In this document: in pieces, positions 19,328 to 30,785 of the stretch
How the letters are laid out: each line of letters opens with the position of its first letter
Position numbering within the stretch: the first letter of the stretch is position 1
Assembly: GCA_035465695.1 (NCBI GenBank)
Contig: DATIVR010000123.1
Span: 1 to 60,077 of the forward strand
Reading direction: 5' to 3'
DNA length: 60,077 nt
DNA from: Gammaproteobacteria bacterium
Lineage (GTDB): Bacteria; Pseudomonadota; Gammaproteobacteria; Natronospirales; REEB76
Translations under genes and position numbers: made by a program
The notes under the pieces: model-generated
Database searches by the model: none
What the model was told of the DNA's origin: nothing
What the model saw: only the letters and a program-made list of their open reading frames with translations

Positions 19328-21328
19328 ATGCCCTCCCGCCGCGAACTCGCCAACGCCATCCGCGCGCTCGCCATGGACGCGGTGCAGAAAGCCAACTCGG
19401 GTCACCCCGGCATGCCCATGGGCATGGCGGACATCGCCGAGGTCCTGTGGAACGACTACCTGAAGCACGATCCCGCCGACCCGAAGTGGCCGGATCGGGA
19501 CCGCTTCCTGCTCTCCAACGGCCACGGCTCGATGTTGCAGTACGCGCTGTTGCATCTCACGGGTTATGACCTGCCGATGGAAGAGCTCAAGCGCTTCCGC
19601 CAGCTGCACTCCAAGACCCCGGGTCATCCTGAATACGGCGTGACGCCGGGCGTCGAGACCACCACCGGCCCTCTGGGCCAGGGCTTCGCCAACGCGGTCG
19701 GTCTCGCCATCGCTGAAGAATCACTGGCGCAGCACTTCAATCGCCCAGGCTTCAAGGTGGTGGATCACTACACCTACGTGTTCATGGGCGACGGCTGCAT
19801 GATGGAAGGCATCTCCCACGAGGCCGCCTCCCTCGCCGGGACCCTCGGCGTGAAGAAACTGATCGCGTTCTACGACGACAACGGCATCTCCATCGACGGC
19901 GAGGTGCACGGCTGGTTCACCGACGACACGCCGAAGCGCTTCGAGGCCTATGGCTGGCACGTGGTGCCCAAGGTGGACGGCCACGACCCGGAAGCCGTGA
20001 AGCGCGCCATCGAGGAAGCCCGCAAGGCCGGCAAGCCGAGCCTCATCTGCTGCAAGACCATCATCGGCTACGGTTCCCCCAACAAGGAGGGCACCGAGTC
20101 CGCCCACGGTTCGGCGCTGGGCAATGACGAGGTGGCATTGGCCCGCAAGCAGCTCGGCTGGGAGCATCCGCCCTTCGAGGTCCCCGCTGACATCTATAAG
20201 GGCTGGGACGCCAGGGCCCGCGGCGCAGCCTTCAAGGCCAACTGGCAGAAGCTGTTCGCGGAATACCGCAAGAGCTATCCGGATCTGGCCGCCGAGTTCG
20301 AGCGCCGCGTCATCAAGCAGGAACTGCCCAAGGACTGGAAAGCCAAGTCCCATGCGCTGGTGGAGCAGGTGAATGCGGCCGGCTCCGACATCGCTACACG
20401 CAAAGCCTCCGAACACGCACTTAATGGCATCGGTCCGCTGCTGCCTGAGTTGATCGGCGGCTCCGCCGATCTCACTGGATCGAACAACACCTGGTGGAAA
20501 GGTTGCCGCGCCCTCAGCAAGGAAGACTTCGCCGGCAACTACATCTTCTACGGTGTGCGCGAGTTCGGCATGTCAGCCATCATCAACGGGCTGACCCTGC
20601 ACGGCGGCTTCATCGCCTACGGCGGTACCTTCCTGACCTTCTCGGATTACGCCCGCAACGCCCTGCGCCTGGCCTGCCTGATGGGCATCGGCAGCATCTA
20701 TATATATACCCACGACTCCATCGGCCTGGGTGAGGATGGCCCCACCCACCAGTCGGTGGAGCACCTGGCGTCGCTGCGGCTCATGCCCAAGATGGAAGTA
20801 TGGCGCCCCGCCGACGATACCGAGACGGCAGTGGCCTGGAACCATGCCATCGAACGCCGCGATGGGCCCATATCAATGGCGCTGTCGCGCCAGAACCTGC
20901 CGCATTTCGCGCGCAGCCAGGAGCAGGTGGCGGCCATCAGTCGCGGCGGTTACACATTGATGGACTGCGCCGGCACGCCGGATGCCATCCTCATCGCCAC
21001 CGGCTCCGAGGTGTCGCTGGCGGCCAACGCCGCCAAGAAGCTCGTCGAGAAGGGCATCAAGACCCGCGTGGTCTCCATGCCTTGCACCAGCGTGTTCGAG
21101 GCTCAGGACCAGACTTATCGTGACTCCGTGTTGCCTCCGGGAGTGAAGGCGCGGGTGGCCATCGAGGCGGGCGTCAGCGTCGGCTGGCTGCACTACGTGG
21201 GACCGCAGGGGCGGGTGGTGGGGCTGGACCGCTATGGCGAGTCCGCTCCGGCCAAGGACGTATTCGAGTATTTCGGCTTCACCGTCGACAACGTGGTGAA
21301 GCAGGTGGAAGCGGTCCTGAACGGATAG
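19328..21328 (+). CDS. tkt: transketolase
   Basis: Starts [37 protein letters not shown] at ATG 19328, with GGAG 6 nt upstream. ThDP motif [13 protein letters not shown] is present. Confidence 0.95.
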   Translation: MPSRRELANAIRALAMDAVQKANSGHPGMPMGMADIAEVLWNDYLKHDPADPKWPDRDRFLLSNGHGSMLQYALLHLTGYDLPMEELKRFRQLHSKTPGHPEYGVTPGVETTTGPLGQGFANAVGLAIAEESLAQHFNRPGFKVVDHYTYVFMGDGCMMEGISHEAASLAGTLGVKKLIAFYDDNGISIDGEVHGWFTDDTPKRFEAYGWHVVPKVDGHDPEAVKRAIEEARKAGKPSLICCKTIIGYGSPNKEGTESAHGSALGNDEVALARKQLGWEHPPFEVPADIYKGWDARARGAAFKANWQKLFAEYRKSYPDLAAEFERRVIKQELPKDWKAKSHALVEQVNAAGSDIATRKASEHALNGIGPLLPELIGGSADLTGSNNTWWKGCRALSKEDFAGNYIFYGVREFGMSAIINGLTLHGGFIAYGGTFLTFSDYARNALRLACLMGIGSIYIYTHDSIGLGEDGPTHQSVEHLASLRLMPKMEVWRPADDTETAVAWNHAIERRDGPISMALSRQNLPHFARSQEQVAAISRGGYTLMDCAGTPDAILIATGSEVSLAANAAKKLVEKGIKTRVVSMPCTSVFEAQDQTYRDSVLPPGVKARVAIEAGVSVGWLHYVGPQGRVVGLDRYGESAPAKDVFEYFGFTVDNVVKQVEAVLNG

Positions 21329-21370
21329 GACCGTCGACTCTATAAACGCATTCCGAGCGAGGAGAGAACA

Positions 21371-22378
21371 ATGACCATCAAGGTGGGTATCAACGGTTAT
21401 GGCCGCATCGGCCGCAACATCCTGCGCGCCCTCTACGAGTCCAAGCGCACCGACATCAAGATCGTCGCGGTGAACGACCTGGGCGACGCCGCTACCAACG
21501 CCCATCTCACCAAGTACGACACCGCCCACGGCAAGTTCCCGGGCGAGGTGTCCGTGGACGGAGATTCCATGGTGGTGAATGGGGACAAGATCCGGGTGTT
21601 CGCCGAACGCGATCCTTCGAAGATCGGCTGGGGCTCGGTGGGTGCTGACATGGTGCTGGAATGCACCGGCCTCTTCACCAGCAAGGCCAAGGCTTCGGCC
21701 CACCTCGCCGGCGGCGCCAAGAAAGTGATCATCTCTGCTCCCGGCGACAAGGATGTGGATGCCACCGTCGTGCACGGTGTGAATGAGAAGTCCCTGAAGG
21801 GTTCGTTCACGGTGATCTCCAATGCCAGCTGCACCACCAATTGCCTGGCGCCCATGGCCAAGGTGCTGCACGAGGGCATCGGCATCGTCGGCGGCCAGAT
21901 GACCACCATCCACGCCTACACCAACGACCAGGTGCTGACGGACGTCTATCACAAGGATATCCGCCGGGCCCGTTCCGCCACCCACTCCATGATCCCCACC
22001 AAGACCGGCGCCGCCGCGGCCATCGGCCTGGTGATCCCGGAACTGGCGGGCAAGCTCGATGGCTATTCGATCCGCGTGCCCACCATCAACGTCTCGCTGG
22101 TAGACCTGTCCTTCATCGCCGCGCGCGACGTCACCGTGGACGAGATCCACGAGTTGATGAAGAAGGCCTCCCAAGGCCCGCTCAAGGGCGTGCTCAACTA
22201 CACCAAGGAACAGCTGGTGTCGGTGGACTTCAACCACGACCCGGCCTCCTGCACCTATGACGCCACTCTCACGAAAGTGATCGGCCGCCTGGTGAAGGTG
22301 TTCGGCTGGTATGACAACGAGTGGGGCTTCAGCAACCGCATGCTGGACACGACCGTCTCATTCTGGAACGCCAGATAA
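21371..22378 (+). CDS. gap: glyceraldehyde-3-phosphate dehydrogenase
   Basis: 335 aa ([12 protein letters not shown], active site [23 protein letters not shown]). Confidence 0.95.
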   Translation: MTIKVGINGYGRIGRNILRALYESKRTDIKIVAVNDLGDAATNAHLTKYDTAHGKFPGEVSVDGDSMVVNGDKIRVFAERDPSKIGWGSVGADMVLECTGLFTSKAKASAHLAGGAKKVIISAPGDKDVDATVVHGVNEKSLKGSFTVISNASCTTNCLAPMAKVLHEGIGIVGGQMTTIHAYTNDQVLTDVYHKDIRRARSATHSMIPTKTGAAAAIGLVIPELAGKLDGYSIRVPTINVSLVDLSFIAARDVTVDEIHELMKKASQGPLKGVLNYTKEQLVSVDFNHDPASCTYDATLTKVIGRLVKVFGWYDNEWGFSNRMLDTTVSFWNAR

Positions 22379-22422
22379 CCCCTTCTACGTTCCTGGCACA
22401 GTCTTCTGAGAGGATGCGCGGC

Positions 22423-23616
22423 GTGAACATACTTAAGATGACGGACTTGGACCTCAACGGCAAACGGGTCCTGATCCGCGAAGACCTCAACGTGCCGGTG
22501 ACCGATGGCAAAGTGACCAGCGATGCGCGCATCCGCGCCGCACTGCCCACCATCCAGATGGCACTCAAGGCCGGCGCCTGCGTGATGCTGGTGTCCCACC
22601 TCGGCCGCCCCAAGGAGGGCGAATACGACCCGGCGCTGTCGCTGGCGCCGGTGGCGGACAAGCTCACCAGCCTCTTGGGTGTGAAGGTGCCACTGGTGAA
22701 GGACTGGATCGACGGCGTGGACGTGGCGCCCGGTAGTGCCGTGCTGTGCGAGAACGTGCGCTTCCTGAAAGGCGAGAAGAAAGATGACGAGGCCTTGTCG
22801 CGCAAGATGGCTTCGCTCTGCGACATCTACGTGATGGACGCCTTCGGCACCGCGCACCGCGCCGAGGCTTCCACCCACGGCGTCGGCAAGTATGCTCCTG
22901 TCGCGTGCGCCGGTCCGTTGCTGGCGGGCGAGCTGGAAGCCCTGGGCCGTGCGTTGGCCAACCCCGCACGTCCACTGGTGGCGATCGTGGCCGGTTCCAA
23001 GGTCTCGACCAAGCTGACGGTGCTCGAATCCCTCACCAAGGTCGTTGACCAGCTCATCGTGGGTGGCGGCATCGCCAACACCTTCATCGCGGCCGAAGGG
23101 CACAAGGTCGGCAAGTCGCTGTACGAAGCGGACCTGGTCCCCGAAGCGAAGCGCCTCACCCAGGCCGCCAAGTCGCGGGGCGCCGAGATCCCGGTCCCCA
23201 CCGACGTGGTGGTCGCCACGGCGTTCGACGCCAATGCCGAGGCGGATGTGCGCAAGGTGGATGCAGTGGGCGCCGACGAGATGATCCTCGACATCGGTCC
23301 TGACACTGCGGCCCACTACGCCGGACTGCTCAAGAAGGCCGGCACCATCGTCTGGAACGGTCCGGTCGGAGTGTTCGAGTTCGACCAGTTCGGCGAGGGC
23401 ACCCGCGTGTTGGCGGAAGCCATCGCGTCCAGCAAGGCCTTCTCCATCGCCGGTGGCGGTGACACGCTCGCGGCGCTGGACAAGTACGGTGTGGCAGATC
23501 GCATCTCGTATGTTTCTACGGGCGGCGGCGCGTTCCTCGAATTCCTGGAAGGCAAGACGCTTCCCGCTGTAGCCATGCTCGAGGAGAGAGCAGCTGCAAA
23601 GCGAAAGCAGGCTTGA
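22423..23616 (+). CDS. pgk: phosphoglycerate kinase
   Basis: A GTG at 22423 gives [26 protein letters not shown], which aligns with enterobacterial Pgk N-termini, and GAGAGG lies 9 nt upstream. ATG 22414 is an alternative start. Confidence 0.92.
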   Translation: MNILKMTDLDLNGKRVLIREDLNVPVTDGKVTSDARIRAALPTIQMALKAGACVMLVSHLGRPKEGEYDPALSLAPVADKLTSLLGVKVPLVKDWIDGVDVAPGSAVLCENVRFLKGEKKDDEALSRKMASLCDIYVMDAFGTAHRAEASTHGVGKYAPVACAGPLLAGELEALGRALANPARPLVAIVAGSKVSTKLTVLESLTKVVDQLIVGGGIANTFIAAEGHKVGKSLYEADLVPEAKRLTQAAKSRGAEIPVPTDVVVATAFDANAEADVRKVDAVGADEMILDIGPDTAAHYAGLLKKAGTIVWNGPVGVFEFDQFGEGTRVLAEAIASSKAFSIAGGGDTLAALDKYGVADRISYVSTGGGAFLEFLEGKTLPAVAMLEERAAAKRKQA

Positions 23617-23653
23617 ATTAGCCTGCCAGCGGCAGAAGGGGCATAATCTACCC

Positions 23654-25081
23654 ATGCCGCGCAGAACAAAAATAGTCGCGACCCTCGGTCCTGCTACCGA
23701 TACCCTCGAGACCATGGAAGCCCTCGTCCGCGCCGGCGTGGACGTGGTGCGTCTCAACTTCTCCCATGGCGAGCCTGGCGAGCATCAGCGGCGTCTGGAG
23801 CTGGTGCGTCAGGCCTCTGCGGCCGTCGGCAAGGACGTGGGTGTGCTGGGTGACCTGCAGGGTCCCAAGATCCGTATCGAGAAGTTCAAGACCAAGAAAG
23901 TCAGTCTCAAGGATGGCCAGCGCTTCGTGCTGGACGCCGAACTCGGCGATGACGACGGCGACGATACCCATGTCGGTCTCACGTACAAAGACCTGCCCAA
24001 GGACGTGAAGCCCGGCGATGTGCTGGTGCTGGGCGACGGCGAGATCTCGATGGGCGTGGTGGAAGTCATCGGCCCCCGCATCATCTGCATGGTGGTGAAC
24101 GGCGGCGATGTCTCCAACCATAAGGGCATCAACCGCCAGGGTGGCGGCCTCTCGGCCGGCGCGCTCACCGACAAGGATCATGAGGACATCCGGCTTGCCG
24201 CCAAGCTCGGTGTGGACTACCTGGCGGTGTCGTTTCCCCGTGACGCTTCCGATATCGAGCAGGCACGCATCCTGCTGAATGCCGCCGGCAGCCGCGCCGG
24301 TATCGTGGCCAAGATCGAACGCTCCGAGGCCATCAAGAACCTCGACGAGATCATCCGCGCCTCCGACGCCGTGATGATCGCCCGCGGCGACCTGGCGGTG
24401 GAGATCGGCGACGCGGAGCTGCCCGGCGTGCAGAAACACATCGTGCACCGCGCCCGTGACCTGAACCGAACCGTGATCACCGCCACCCAGATGATGGAGT
24501 CCATGATCCACAGCCCGGTGCCGACCCGCGCCGAGGTGCTGGACGTGGCCAACGCCGTGATGGACGGCACCGATGCGGTGATGCTCTCGGGCGAGACCGC
24601 CACCGGCAAGTACCCGGTCAAGACCGTGGAGGCCATGGCGCGGGTATGCCTGGGCGCGGAGAAGCACCGCAACACCCAGCGCTCACGTCACCGCATGGAT
24701 CAGAAGTTCAAGAGCGTGGACGAAGCCATCGCCATGGCCGTGATGTACACCGCCAACCACATGGACGTGAAGGCCATCATCGCATTGACCGAGTCCGGCG
24801 CCACTGCGCTGTGGATGTCGCGCATCAGCTCCGGCATCCCGATCTATGCCATGACCCGCCATGAGACCACCCGCCGGCGGGTGACGCTCTGCCGCGGCGT
24901 ATATCCGGTGGCTTTCGACGTGATGCACCCCGATCCTGACCACGTGCTCCAGGACGCCGCCGAGGAACTCAAGCGCCAGCGCATCGTCATGAACGGCGAC
25001 TACGTGATCTGCACCAAGGGCGAGTTCTCCGGCATCACCGGAGGCACCAACAGCCTCAAGATCGTCCGGGTAGGGGACTGA
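23654..25081 (+). CDS. pyk: pyruvate kinase
   Basis: 475 aa (RRTKIVATLGPA, NFSHG, MIARGDLAVEI, TQMMESM). Confidence 0.93.
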   Translation: MPRRTKIVATLGPATDTLETMEALVRAGVDVVRLNFSHGEPGEHQRRLELVRQASAAVGKDVGVLGDLQGPKIRIEKFKTKKVSLKDGQRFVLDAELGDDDGDDTHVGLTYKDLPKDVKPGDVLVLGDGEISMGVVEVIGPRIICMVVNGGDVSNHKGINRQGGGLSAGALTDKDHEDIRLAAKLGVDYLAVSFPRDASDIEQARILLNAAGSRAGIVAKIERSEAIKNLDEIIRASDAVMIARGDLAVEIGDAELPGVQKHIVHRARDLNRTVITATQMMESMIHSPVPTRAEVLDVANAVMDGTDAVMLSGETATGKYPVKTVEAMARVCLGAEKHRNTQRSRHRMDQKFKSVDEAIAMAVMYTANHMDVKAIIALTESGATALWMSRISSGIPIYAMTRHETTRRRVTLCRGVYPVAFDVMHPDPDHVLQDAAEELKRQRIVMNGDYVICTKGEFSGITGGTNSLKIVRVGD

Positions 25082-25110
25082 CCCCGCCAAGCCGGCCTGT
25101 CGTTCTTTCC

Positions 25111-25139
25111 TTGATTGTTTTTTAGCCTACGTGTCTAAT
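25111..25139 (+). promoter_or_regulatory. candidate sigma70 promoter for the S8 protease gene
   Basis: TTGATT (25111-25116), a 17-nt spacer, then TCTAAT (25134-25139) in an AT-rich patch. It would place the TSS near 25146, which argues against the GTG 25131 start. Confidence 0.4.
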
Positions 25140-25175
25140 CGCGAGTGTGGGACCCTTCTGGTCCTGCATAGGGAT

Positions 25176-28100
25176 ATGTCGTTCTTTCGAGGGGTTTCAG
25201 TGCGCAATCTTTCTCTCGGCATCTTTGCCGTCACGTCCGTCTCCGTGGCCATCGGCGTCGCGCAGGCGGCTTACGTCGGTACGCCATCGTCACCGGCATA
25301 TCCAGCCCTGGCAGTGCATCGGCCTGATGCTCATCCGGGCAAGGTCATGACTGACCCGGATGGCAGCGGCTACTACGTCGTGCGCTTCAAGGATGCACCC
25401 GTGGCGAGATATGCAGGCGGTGTCCCGGGGCTGGAGGCGACTGATGCCCACGTGAGGGGTGAGCGCTATCTCGATGTCCAAACGTCGGGCAGCGTGGCCT
25501 ATGCGAGTTACCTGGACCGCCGTCACGGCGAGCTCCTGGACGCTGCCAGCCGGATCCTGGGTCGCACCCTGGCACCGCGCTTTGAATATCGCTACGCCGT
25601 GAACGGCATGTCGGTGAAACTCAGTCCCGCCGAGGCGGCGCGGCTCGCCCACATGCCCGACGTGGTATCGGTGCGGCCCGTACGTCATTTCAAACCGGAC
25701 TCGGTGGGGACGCCGGCTTCGGCCGGCGCCACCAATGCCAGCCGTGCCTGGATCAATGCCCCCGTGGTCTGGCAACTCGCCACCACCGCCAGCACCGGCG
25801 GCAGCGCCAATGAAGGCGAAGGTATCGTGGTCGCGGACCTGGATACCGGCATCAACCACTCTAATACTTCGTTCAACGACACCGGGCCTTTGGACAACTA
25901 TGTGGCCAATGACCCCGGCAACCTGCGCTTCGGCGTCTGCGATCCGAGCAACACCGTGCAACGTAGCCAGAAGCCGGCTTTCTTCGGCTGCGATAACAAA
26001 TTGATCGGCGCCTATACCTATACCCACGGTACCAATGACCAGTATTCGCCCGAGGATTCAGAAGGTCATGGGTCGCATACCGCCAGTACGGCGGTGGGAG
26101 ACTTCGTGTCGGTCACCGTGAACGGCATCGCCACGTCCCTCTCGGGCGTGGCACCGCACGCCAGCATCATCGCCTACGACATCTGCGACCCCGTCAACCT
26201 CTGCAGCGAAGACGACAGCATCGCGGCCGTGGAACAGGCGATCAAGGACCAGACCACCATCAAGAACAGCTGGGGAAGTGCCTACAAAGGCATGGTCATC
26301 AATTATTCGATCGGCGGCAGCGATGACGCGTACGGCGATCCAGTGGAGCAGGCGTTCCTGTCGGCCGCGGAGGCGGGCATCTATGTCTCCGCCGCCGGAG
26401 GCAATGGCGGCCCGGCCAATGCCATCGCCAACGATCCGGTGAACGCGCCGCTCTATCCTGTGCAGCACGTAGGCCCCTGGGTGGCTACCATGGCGGCCGC
26501 CACGCACGACGGCACCTTCAGCAGCAATTTGCTTGAGAACTTTGCTGGTGGCGAAAGCACGACCATGCCCACCGCCGCCATGGCGGGCGACGGCGCCACC
26601 GCGGGATTTGGACCGCAACCGCTGGTGTACGCCGGCGATGGTAATTTTGACGGTAATCTGGCGAGCTGTGGCACGGAGCCATCCGGTGTGGCTTGCGTCT
26701 CGGCGGGTTCTGCGGCGGCCAACGCGCAGCAGTGCCTGTTCCCATTCAGGTCCGGCACCTTCACCGCCAATGAGATCGTGGTCTGCGACCGTGGCACTAA
26801 TCCTTTGGTGGACAAGGCCTATAACGTTGAGCATGGCGGTGCTGCGGGTATGGTCATCGCCACCACTTCGAGCAGCAGCCAGGACATGGTGGTCGAATCC
26901 TACGTGATCCCTGCGACACTGCTCGATCTCAGCGACGGCGACAAGCTGCGAGCCTGGCTTGCCGCCAGCATCGGCAGTGCCACGCCCGCATCAGCCGACC
27001 TTTCCGGCTCAAGCATGACCACCGATAGTTCCCAGGCCGATCAGGTCGCCGGCTTCAGTTCCCGTGGACCGACCGACACCGAATTTGACGATCTCGTCAA
27101 GCCGGACCTGACGGCCCCGGGTGTCTCAGTCCTGGCTGCGGTGTCCAACCCCGAGTGGACCGATGGGTGTACAGGCTGTGCCAACCAGCCGGAGACCTAC
27201 GACTTTTACGATGGCACGTCCATGGCCACACCACATGACACTGGAGCGGCTGCATTGCTCATCCAGGCCCACCATCAGTGGACAGCCGCGGAGGTCAAAT
27301 CGGCTTTGATGCTCACTGCGGTCACGGCGGCGAACGGAAGCAGCCCCGGATTGATCGACCAATGCGCGAGCCTGGACTCCAGTCTCAACTGCAAAGCCGG
27401 CACCGGCGTTCCTTCACCGCAAGTGCGGGGCGCAGGACGTATCGACGTGGACGCCGCTGAGCGCACGGGTGTCGTCATGGACGAGACCGGCGCGAACTAT
27501 GAAGCGGCCGATCCCAGCAAGGGTGGCGATCTCACCGCCCTCAACCTGGCGAGCCTGGGCGACACCAACTGTGCCGGCTCCTGCACCTGGACCCGCAAGC
27601 TCACCAGCGCCTTCACCGCTACCGACGTGCAATACACCATCTCGGCCAGCGACGTGAGCAGCGGTCTGCACGTCAGCGTCTCGCCTTCCACGTTCATCTT
27701 GCCGCACGGCGGCAGCCAGACCCTGACCATCAGGGCGGATACCAGCAACCTCGCCAAGGATCATTGGGCTTTCGCACAGTTGGATATCTCCGCTGCTGGC
27801 GGCGCCGTGGGCGACGGAGGCGCTGCGATCCCGCCCATGCACCTGACGCTTGCTGCCAGAGCGGGGGTTCCTTCCGCTCATATGCAGATCACGCCGGCTG
27901 AGCTCGACTTCAATGGCAACGGCAGCCAGCAACTAAGCATCGTCAACAACGGGCAGAATGCTCTGCATTGGTCGCTGGCATCGAGCGGTGCGGTCACCAG
28001 CGGCAATGCCTCCTCGCGGGTGCCGGCGCCGCTCTCAAGCCTGTGGGATCAACCCGATGCCGGCGCCAACACTGGATATCAGTCAAGCTTCTACACAGAG

Positions 28101-28892
28101 CTCAACCATGGAATCTACGTTGCCGATGACTTCGTGTTACCAGCACAGGCGGACATCAACAAGCTGGTGGCGGCCGGATTTGCCGAAGATAGTAACGGGC
28201 TGTTATCCGTGACCGGCGAAGTGGACTGGTACATATACGCGGATGCCACCGGCAAGCCTCTTGGCCAACCTGAAGATGGCAAGAACGATTACAGATGGCA
28301 TTACAAGGCGAACGCCAGTGCCGCCGGGGTGAGTACCGTCAACGGCACCATCAGCCTGGACCTGGGCGTGGCTGGACAACCGTCGATCAAGTTGCCGGCC
28401 GGTACGTACTGGTTGATCGTGGCGCCGCACTTCAACAATTCGGCCGGTGTGCCGGGCAATCCCAGTTGGTTCTGGTTCGAAGGTAAATCAGCAAGCGGCG
28501 CTGATTCGGGCATGTTGATCGATCCCGGTCAGATATTGGACAGCCCCCGGATTTGGCAGGCGCTCCATGTTTCCTTCGAGTTCGATCTGAGCGGCACGCT
28601 GGATTGCAGCAGCGGCATGCCGGGGCTGAGCGCTTCGCCCACGAGTGGCACGGTGGCTGCCGGTCAGACGGGGGAAGTCTCGGTCACATTCGACACCATG
28701 GGTCTCGCCAATGGCAGTCCGAAGGGTGTGATCTGCGTCAACGGCGACGCCTCTGACAATCCGCAGATCGTGGTGCCCATCAGTGCCAAGGTGAGCGGCA
28801 ACGCCGCCGGTGGCGGCGGCGGAGGCGGAGATTTCGGGCTGTTCGGCCTTGCCACGCTGCTGCTGGCATGGCGACGCCGAAAGTCCGCATGA
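25176..28892 (+). CDS. secreted S8 subtilisin-like serine protease with PA-domain insert and GlyGly-CTERM-like sorting tail
   Basis: Signal peptide MSFFRGVSVRNLSLGIFAVTSVSVAIGVAQA and an I9-like propeptide. Catalytic triad contexts: VADLDTGI (Asp), GHGSHTAST (His), GTSMATPH (Ser). PA-like insert (IVVCDRGTNPLVDKAYNVEHGGAAGMVI). C-terminus GGGGGGGDFGLFGLATLLLAWRRRKSA. Confidence 0.85.
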   Translation: MSFFRGVSVRNLSLGIFAVTSVSVAIGVAQAAYVGTPSSPAYPALAVHRPDAHPGKVMTDPDGSGYYVVRFKDAPVARYAGGVPGLEATDAHVRGERYLDVQTSGSVAYASYLDRRHGELLDAASRILGRTLAPRFEYRYAVNGMSVKLSPAEAARLAHMPDVVSVRPVRHFKPDSVGTPASAGATNASRAWINAPVVWQLATTASTGGSANEGEGIVVADLDTGINHSNTSFNDTGPLDNYVANDPGNLRFGVCDPSNTVQRSQKPAFFGCDNKLIGAYTYTHGTNDQYSPEDSEGHGSHTASTAVGDFVSVTVNGIATSLSGVAPHASIIAYDICDPVNLCSEDDSIAAVEQAIKDQTTIKNSWGSAYKGMVINYSIGGSDDAYGDPVEQAFLSAAEAGIYVSAAGGNGGPANAIANDPVNAPLYPVQHVGPWVATMAAATHDGTFSSNLLENFAGGESTTMPTAAMAGDGATAGFGPQPLVYAGDGNFDGNLASCGTEPSGVACVSAGSAAANAQQCLFPFRSGTFTANEIVVCDRGTNPLVDKAYNVEHGGAAGMVIATTSSSSQDMVVESYVIPATLLDLSDGDKLRAWLAASIGSATPASADLSGSSMTTDSSQADQVAGFSSRGPTDTEFDDLVKPDLTAPGVSVLAAVSNPEWTDGCTGCANQPETYDFYDGTSMATPHDTGAAALLIQAHHQWTAAEVKSALMLTAVTAANGSSPGLIDQCASLDSSLNCKAGTGVPSPQVRGAGRIDVDAAERTGVVMDETGANYEAADPSKGGDLTALNLASLGDTNCAGSCTWTRKLTSAFTATDVQYTISASDVSSGLHVSVSPSTFILPHGGSQTLTIRADTSNLAKDHWAFAQLDISAAGGAVGDGGAAIPPMHLTLAARAGVPSAHMQITPAELDFNGNGSQQLSIVNNGQNALHWSLASSGAVTSGNASSRVPAPLSSLWDQPDAGANTGYQSSFYTELNHGIYVADDFVLPAQADINKLVAAGFAEDSNGLLSVTGEVDWYIYADATGKPLGQPEDGKNDYRWHYKANASAAGVSTVNGTISLDLGVAGQPSIKLPAGTYWLIVAPHFNNSAGVPGNPSWFWFEGKSASGADSGMLIDPGQILDSPRIWQALHVSFEFDLSGTLDCSSGMPGLSASPTSGTVAAGQTGEVSVTFDTMGLANGSPKGVICVNGDASDNPQIVVPISAKVSGNAAGGGGGGGDFGLFGLATLLLAWRRRKSA

Positions 28893-28898
28893 GATGAC

Positions 28899-28927
28899 GA
28901 CGGGGCCGCAAGGCCCCGTCTCTTTAT
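28899..28927. terminator. hairpin terminator between convergent protease and response-regulator genes
   Basis: GACGGGGCC-GCAA-GGCCCCGTC, a 9-bp perfect stem with a GNRA loop, followed by TCTTTAT. Confidence 0.65.
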
Positions 28928-29526
28928 AGCCAGCCTTTCTGGCGGGCGATGCGCGCCGCTTCTATGCGGTTCGCGGCGCCCAGCTTGCCGATGGCCTCCG
29001 AGAGGTAGTTGCGCACCGTGCCTTCGGAGAGGAACAGCTGCTTCGCGATGTCACCGCTGCTCATGCCTTCGCCGGCGAGCCGGAGCACCTGGCGCTCCCG
29101 GTCATTGAGCGGGTCCTCGGTATCCCAGGCTTCCGCCGCCAGTTCCGGCGCGATGGCCTTGCCGCCACGCTGCACGGTGCGGATGGCCGCCGCCAGCTGC
29201 TCGGAAGGCGCGTCTTTCAGCAGATAGCCTTTCACACCGGCCGACAAGGCGCGCCTGAGATAACCGGGCCGGGCGAAGGTGGTGACGATGATGATGCGCG
29301 CCGGGTGGCCTTTGTCCTTAAGCGCCGAGGCGAACTCGAGGCCCGTCATGCCTGGCATCTCGATATCGGTGACTACGACGTCAGGTTGGGTCTCCAGCGC
29401 CAGCCTCAGCGCGTCCTTGCCGTTGGCGGCACGCGCCACGATCTCGATGTCTTCTTCCATGTCCAGGAGCGCAGCTAGCGCGCCAAGGATCAGGGATTGG
29501 TCTTCGGCGATGAGTACCTTGATCAT
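28924..29526 (-). CDS. NarL/LuxR-family response regulator
   Basis: 200 aa with a receiver domain (KVLIAEDQ, DVVVTDIEMPGMTG) and a LuxR HTH (RERQVLRLAGEGMSSGDIAKQLFLSEGTVRNYL). Confidence 0.9.
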   Translation of the reverse strand: MIKVLIAEDQSLILGALAALLDMEEDIEIVARAANGKDALRLALETQPDVVVTDIEMPGMTGLEFASALKDKGHPARIIIVTTFARPGYLRRALSAGVKGYLLKDAPSEQLAAAIRTVQRGGKAIAPELAAEAWDTEDPLNDRERQVLRLAGEGMSSGDIAKQLFLSEGTVRNYLSEAIGKLGAANRIEAARIARQKGWL

Positions 29527-29532
29527 GGGCAG

Positions 29533-30762
29533 CTAGCTGGCGCGTGTCTTGGGGCCCGGCCAATGCAACACCTGCGCGCCGGCCGGCTGGGTATCCGGTA
29601 TATCGGCGTCCTTGAGCGGCAACACCGCCGTGAGCAGTGTGCCACGGCGACCGGATTCGATGTGCAGCGTGCCTTCCAGGGTCGAGAGGCGCTCACGCAT
29701 GCCGCGGATGCCATTACCTTCCCGCAGGTTCCCGCCACGCCCATCGTCTTGGATGGTGAGCTGCACCGTGCCGCCGTCCCGATGCGTCTCCACGCGGCAG
29801 GTGCGTGCCCCGGAATGGCGCACGATGTTGGTGACCGCCTCACGCAAGACCAGCGCTAGGAGCTCATCGTGGCTGGGCGGACAGCCGTGCGGATCAATGT
29901 CGGCATTGAGCGTGACGCGCGCCGCCTGCAACGCCACGCGGGCGTTCACCAGTTCGCCGTTCAGGCCGCCGCTGCGATAGCCGCCCACCGCTTCGCGGAC
30001 CTGGCGCAAGGCATCGCGCGATATCTTCTCCAGTTCGCGCACCTCGTTCCCCGCCGCCGCCGCATCGCGTTCGATGAGGCGGGCAGCCAGTTCCGCCTTG
30101 ACGGTGACGAGGGTGAGGGTATGGCCCAGGAGGTCGTGCAGGTCGCGGGCGATGCGTTCGCGCTCGGCGGTGGCTGCGAGGCGCCGTATCTCCTCCTGCG
30201 ACTGGGTGATGACACGGCGCTTGGTCTCGTCGTCTGCGAACCAGGCGTTGGCCGCGCCGATCACGCCCCCGATCACCACCGTGGGCAGCGAGAACCAGAT
30301 GGAATGGGCGAACTGCATCCCCGGAAGGAAGTAGAGGGTGATGGCTTCGACGATGAAAAGGCCGAGGATCACTGCCAGGGCAGTGAGGCTCTTGCGCAGG
30401 TTGCCGTAGTGGGCCGAAAGCGCGCAGGCATAGATGATGAAGGTGTGGCCGTTACCGGTGTAGGTGACGAAGATGTAGCCCATCGTCGCGATGCCGCAGA
30501 GGATGCTGGCCAACTGGTTCGGATTGCAGTTGAAACTGCGGAAATACAGCACCACGAAGGTGACGGCGGCACCGATGGACAGCAGCCACTTGGCGATATC
30601 CCAGGGTGGCTGGCCCGGCCATTGCACGAAGAAGAAGCCCAGGTAGATGAGCCACAGGTACGGTGTCCAGCCTGCCCACACCGCATTGGGCAGGAGCCAG
30701 CGGTGCAGCGTGAGGAATGGCCTGGCCAGGCGCTGGCCGAAGGTGGGAGCGGCGTCGTGCAT
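29533..30762 (-). CDS. sensor histidine kinase, HisKA_3 (DesK/LiaS-like), polytopic N-terminus
   Basis: Five to six hydrophobic segments, then the H-box ERERIARDLHDLLGHTLT and a HATPase_c region (NIVRHSGA, DDGRGG). Confidence 0.85.
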   Translation of the reverse strand: MHDAAPTFGQRLARPFLTLHRWLLPNAVWAGWTPYLWLIYLGFFFVQWPGQPPWDIAKWLLSIGAAVTFVVLYFRSFNCNPNQLASILCGIATMGYIFVTYTGNGHTFIIYACALSAHYGNLRKSLTALAVILGLFIVEAITLYFLPGMQFAHSIWFSLPTVVIGGVIGAANAWFADDETKRRVITQSQEEIRRLAATAERERIARDLHDLLGHTLTLVTVKAELAARLIERDAAAAGNEVRELEKISRDALRQVREAVGGYRSGGLNGELVNARVALQAARVTLNADIDPHGCPPSHDELLALVLREAVTNIVRHSGARTCRVETHRDGGTVQLTIQDDGRGGNLREGNGIRGMRERLSTLEGTLHIESGRRGTLLTAVLPLKDADIPDTQPAGAQVLHWPGPKTRAS

Positions 30763-30785
30763 AGTCCTAGCCTACCACCGGTGGT

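Noticed and set aside
22393-22410. Sigma-54-like TGGCAC motif upstream of pgk (CCTGGCACAGTCTTCTGA).
   Set aside because: The downstream TTGC element is absent at the required spacing, since GG-N10-GC is not satisfied. It is probably a chance match.
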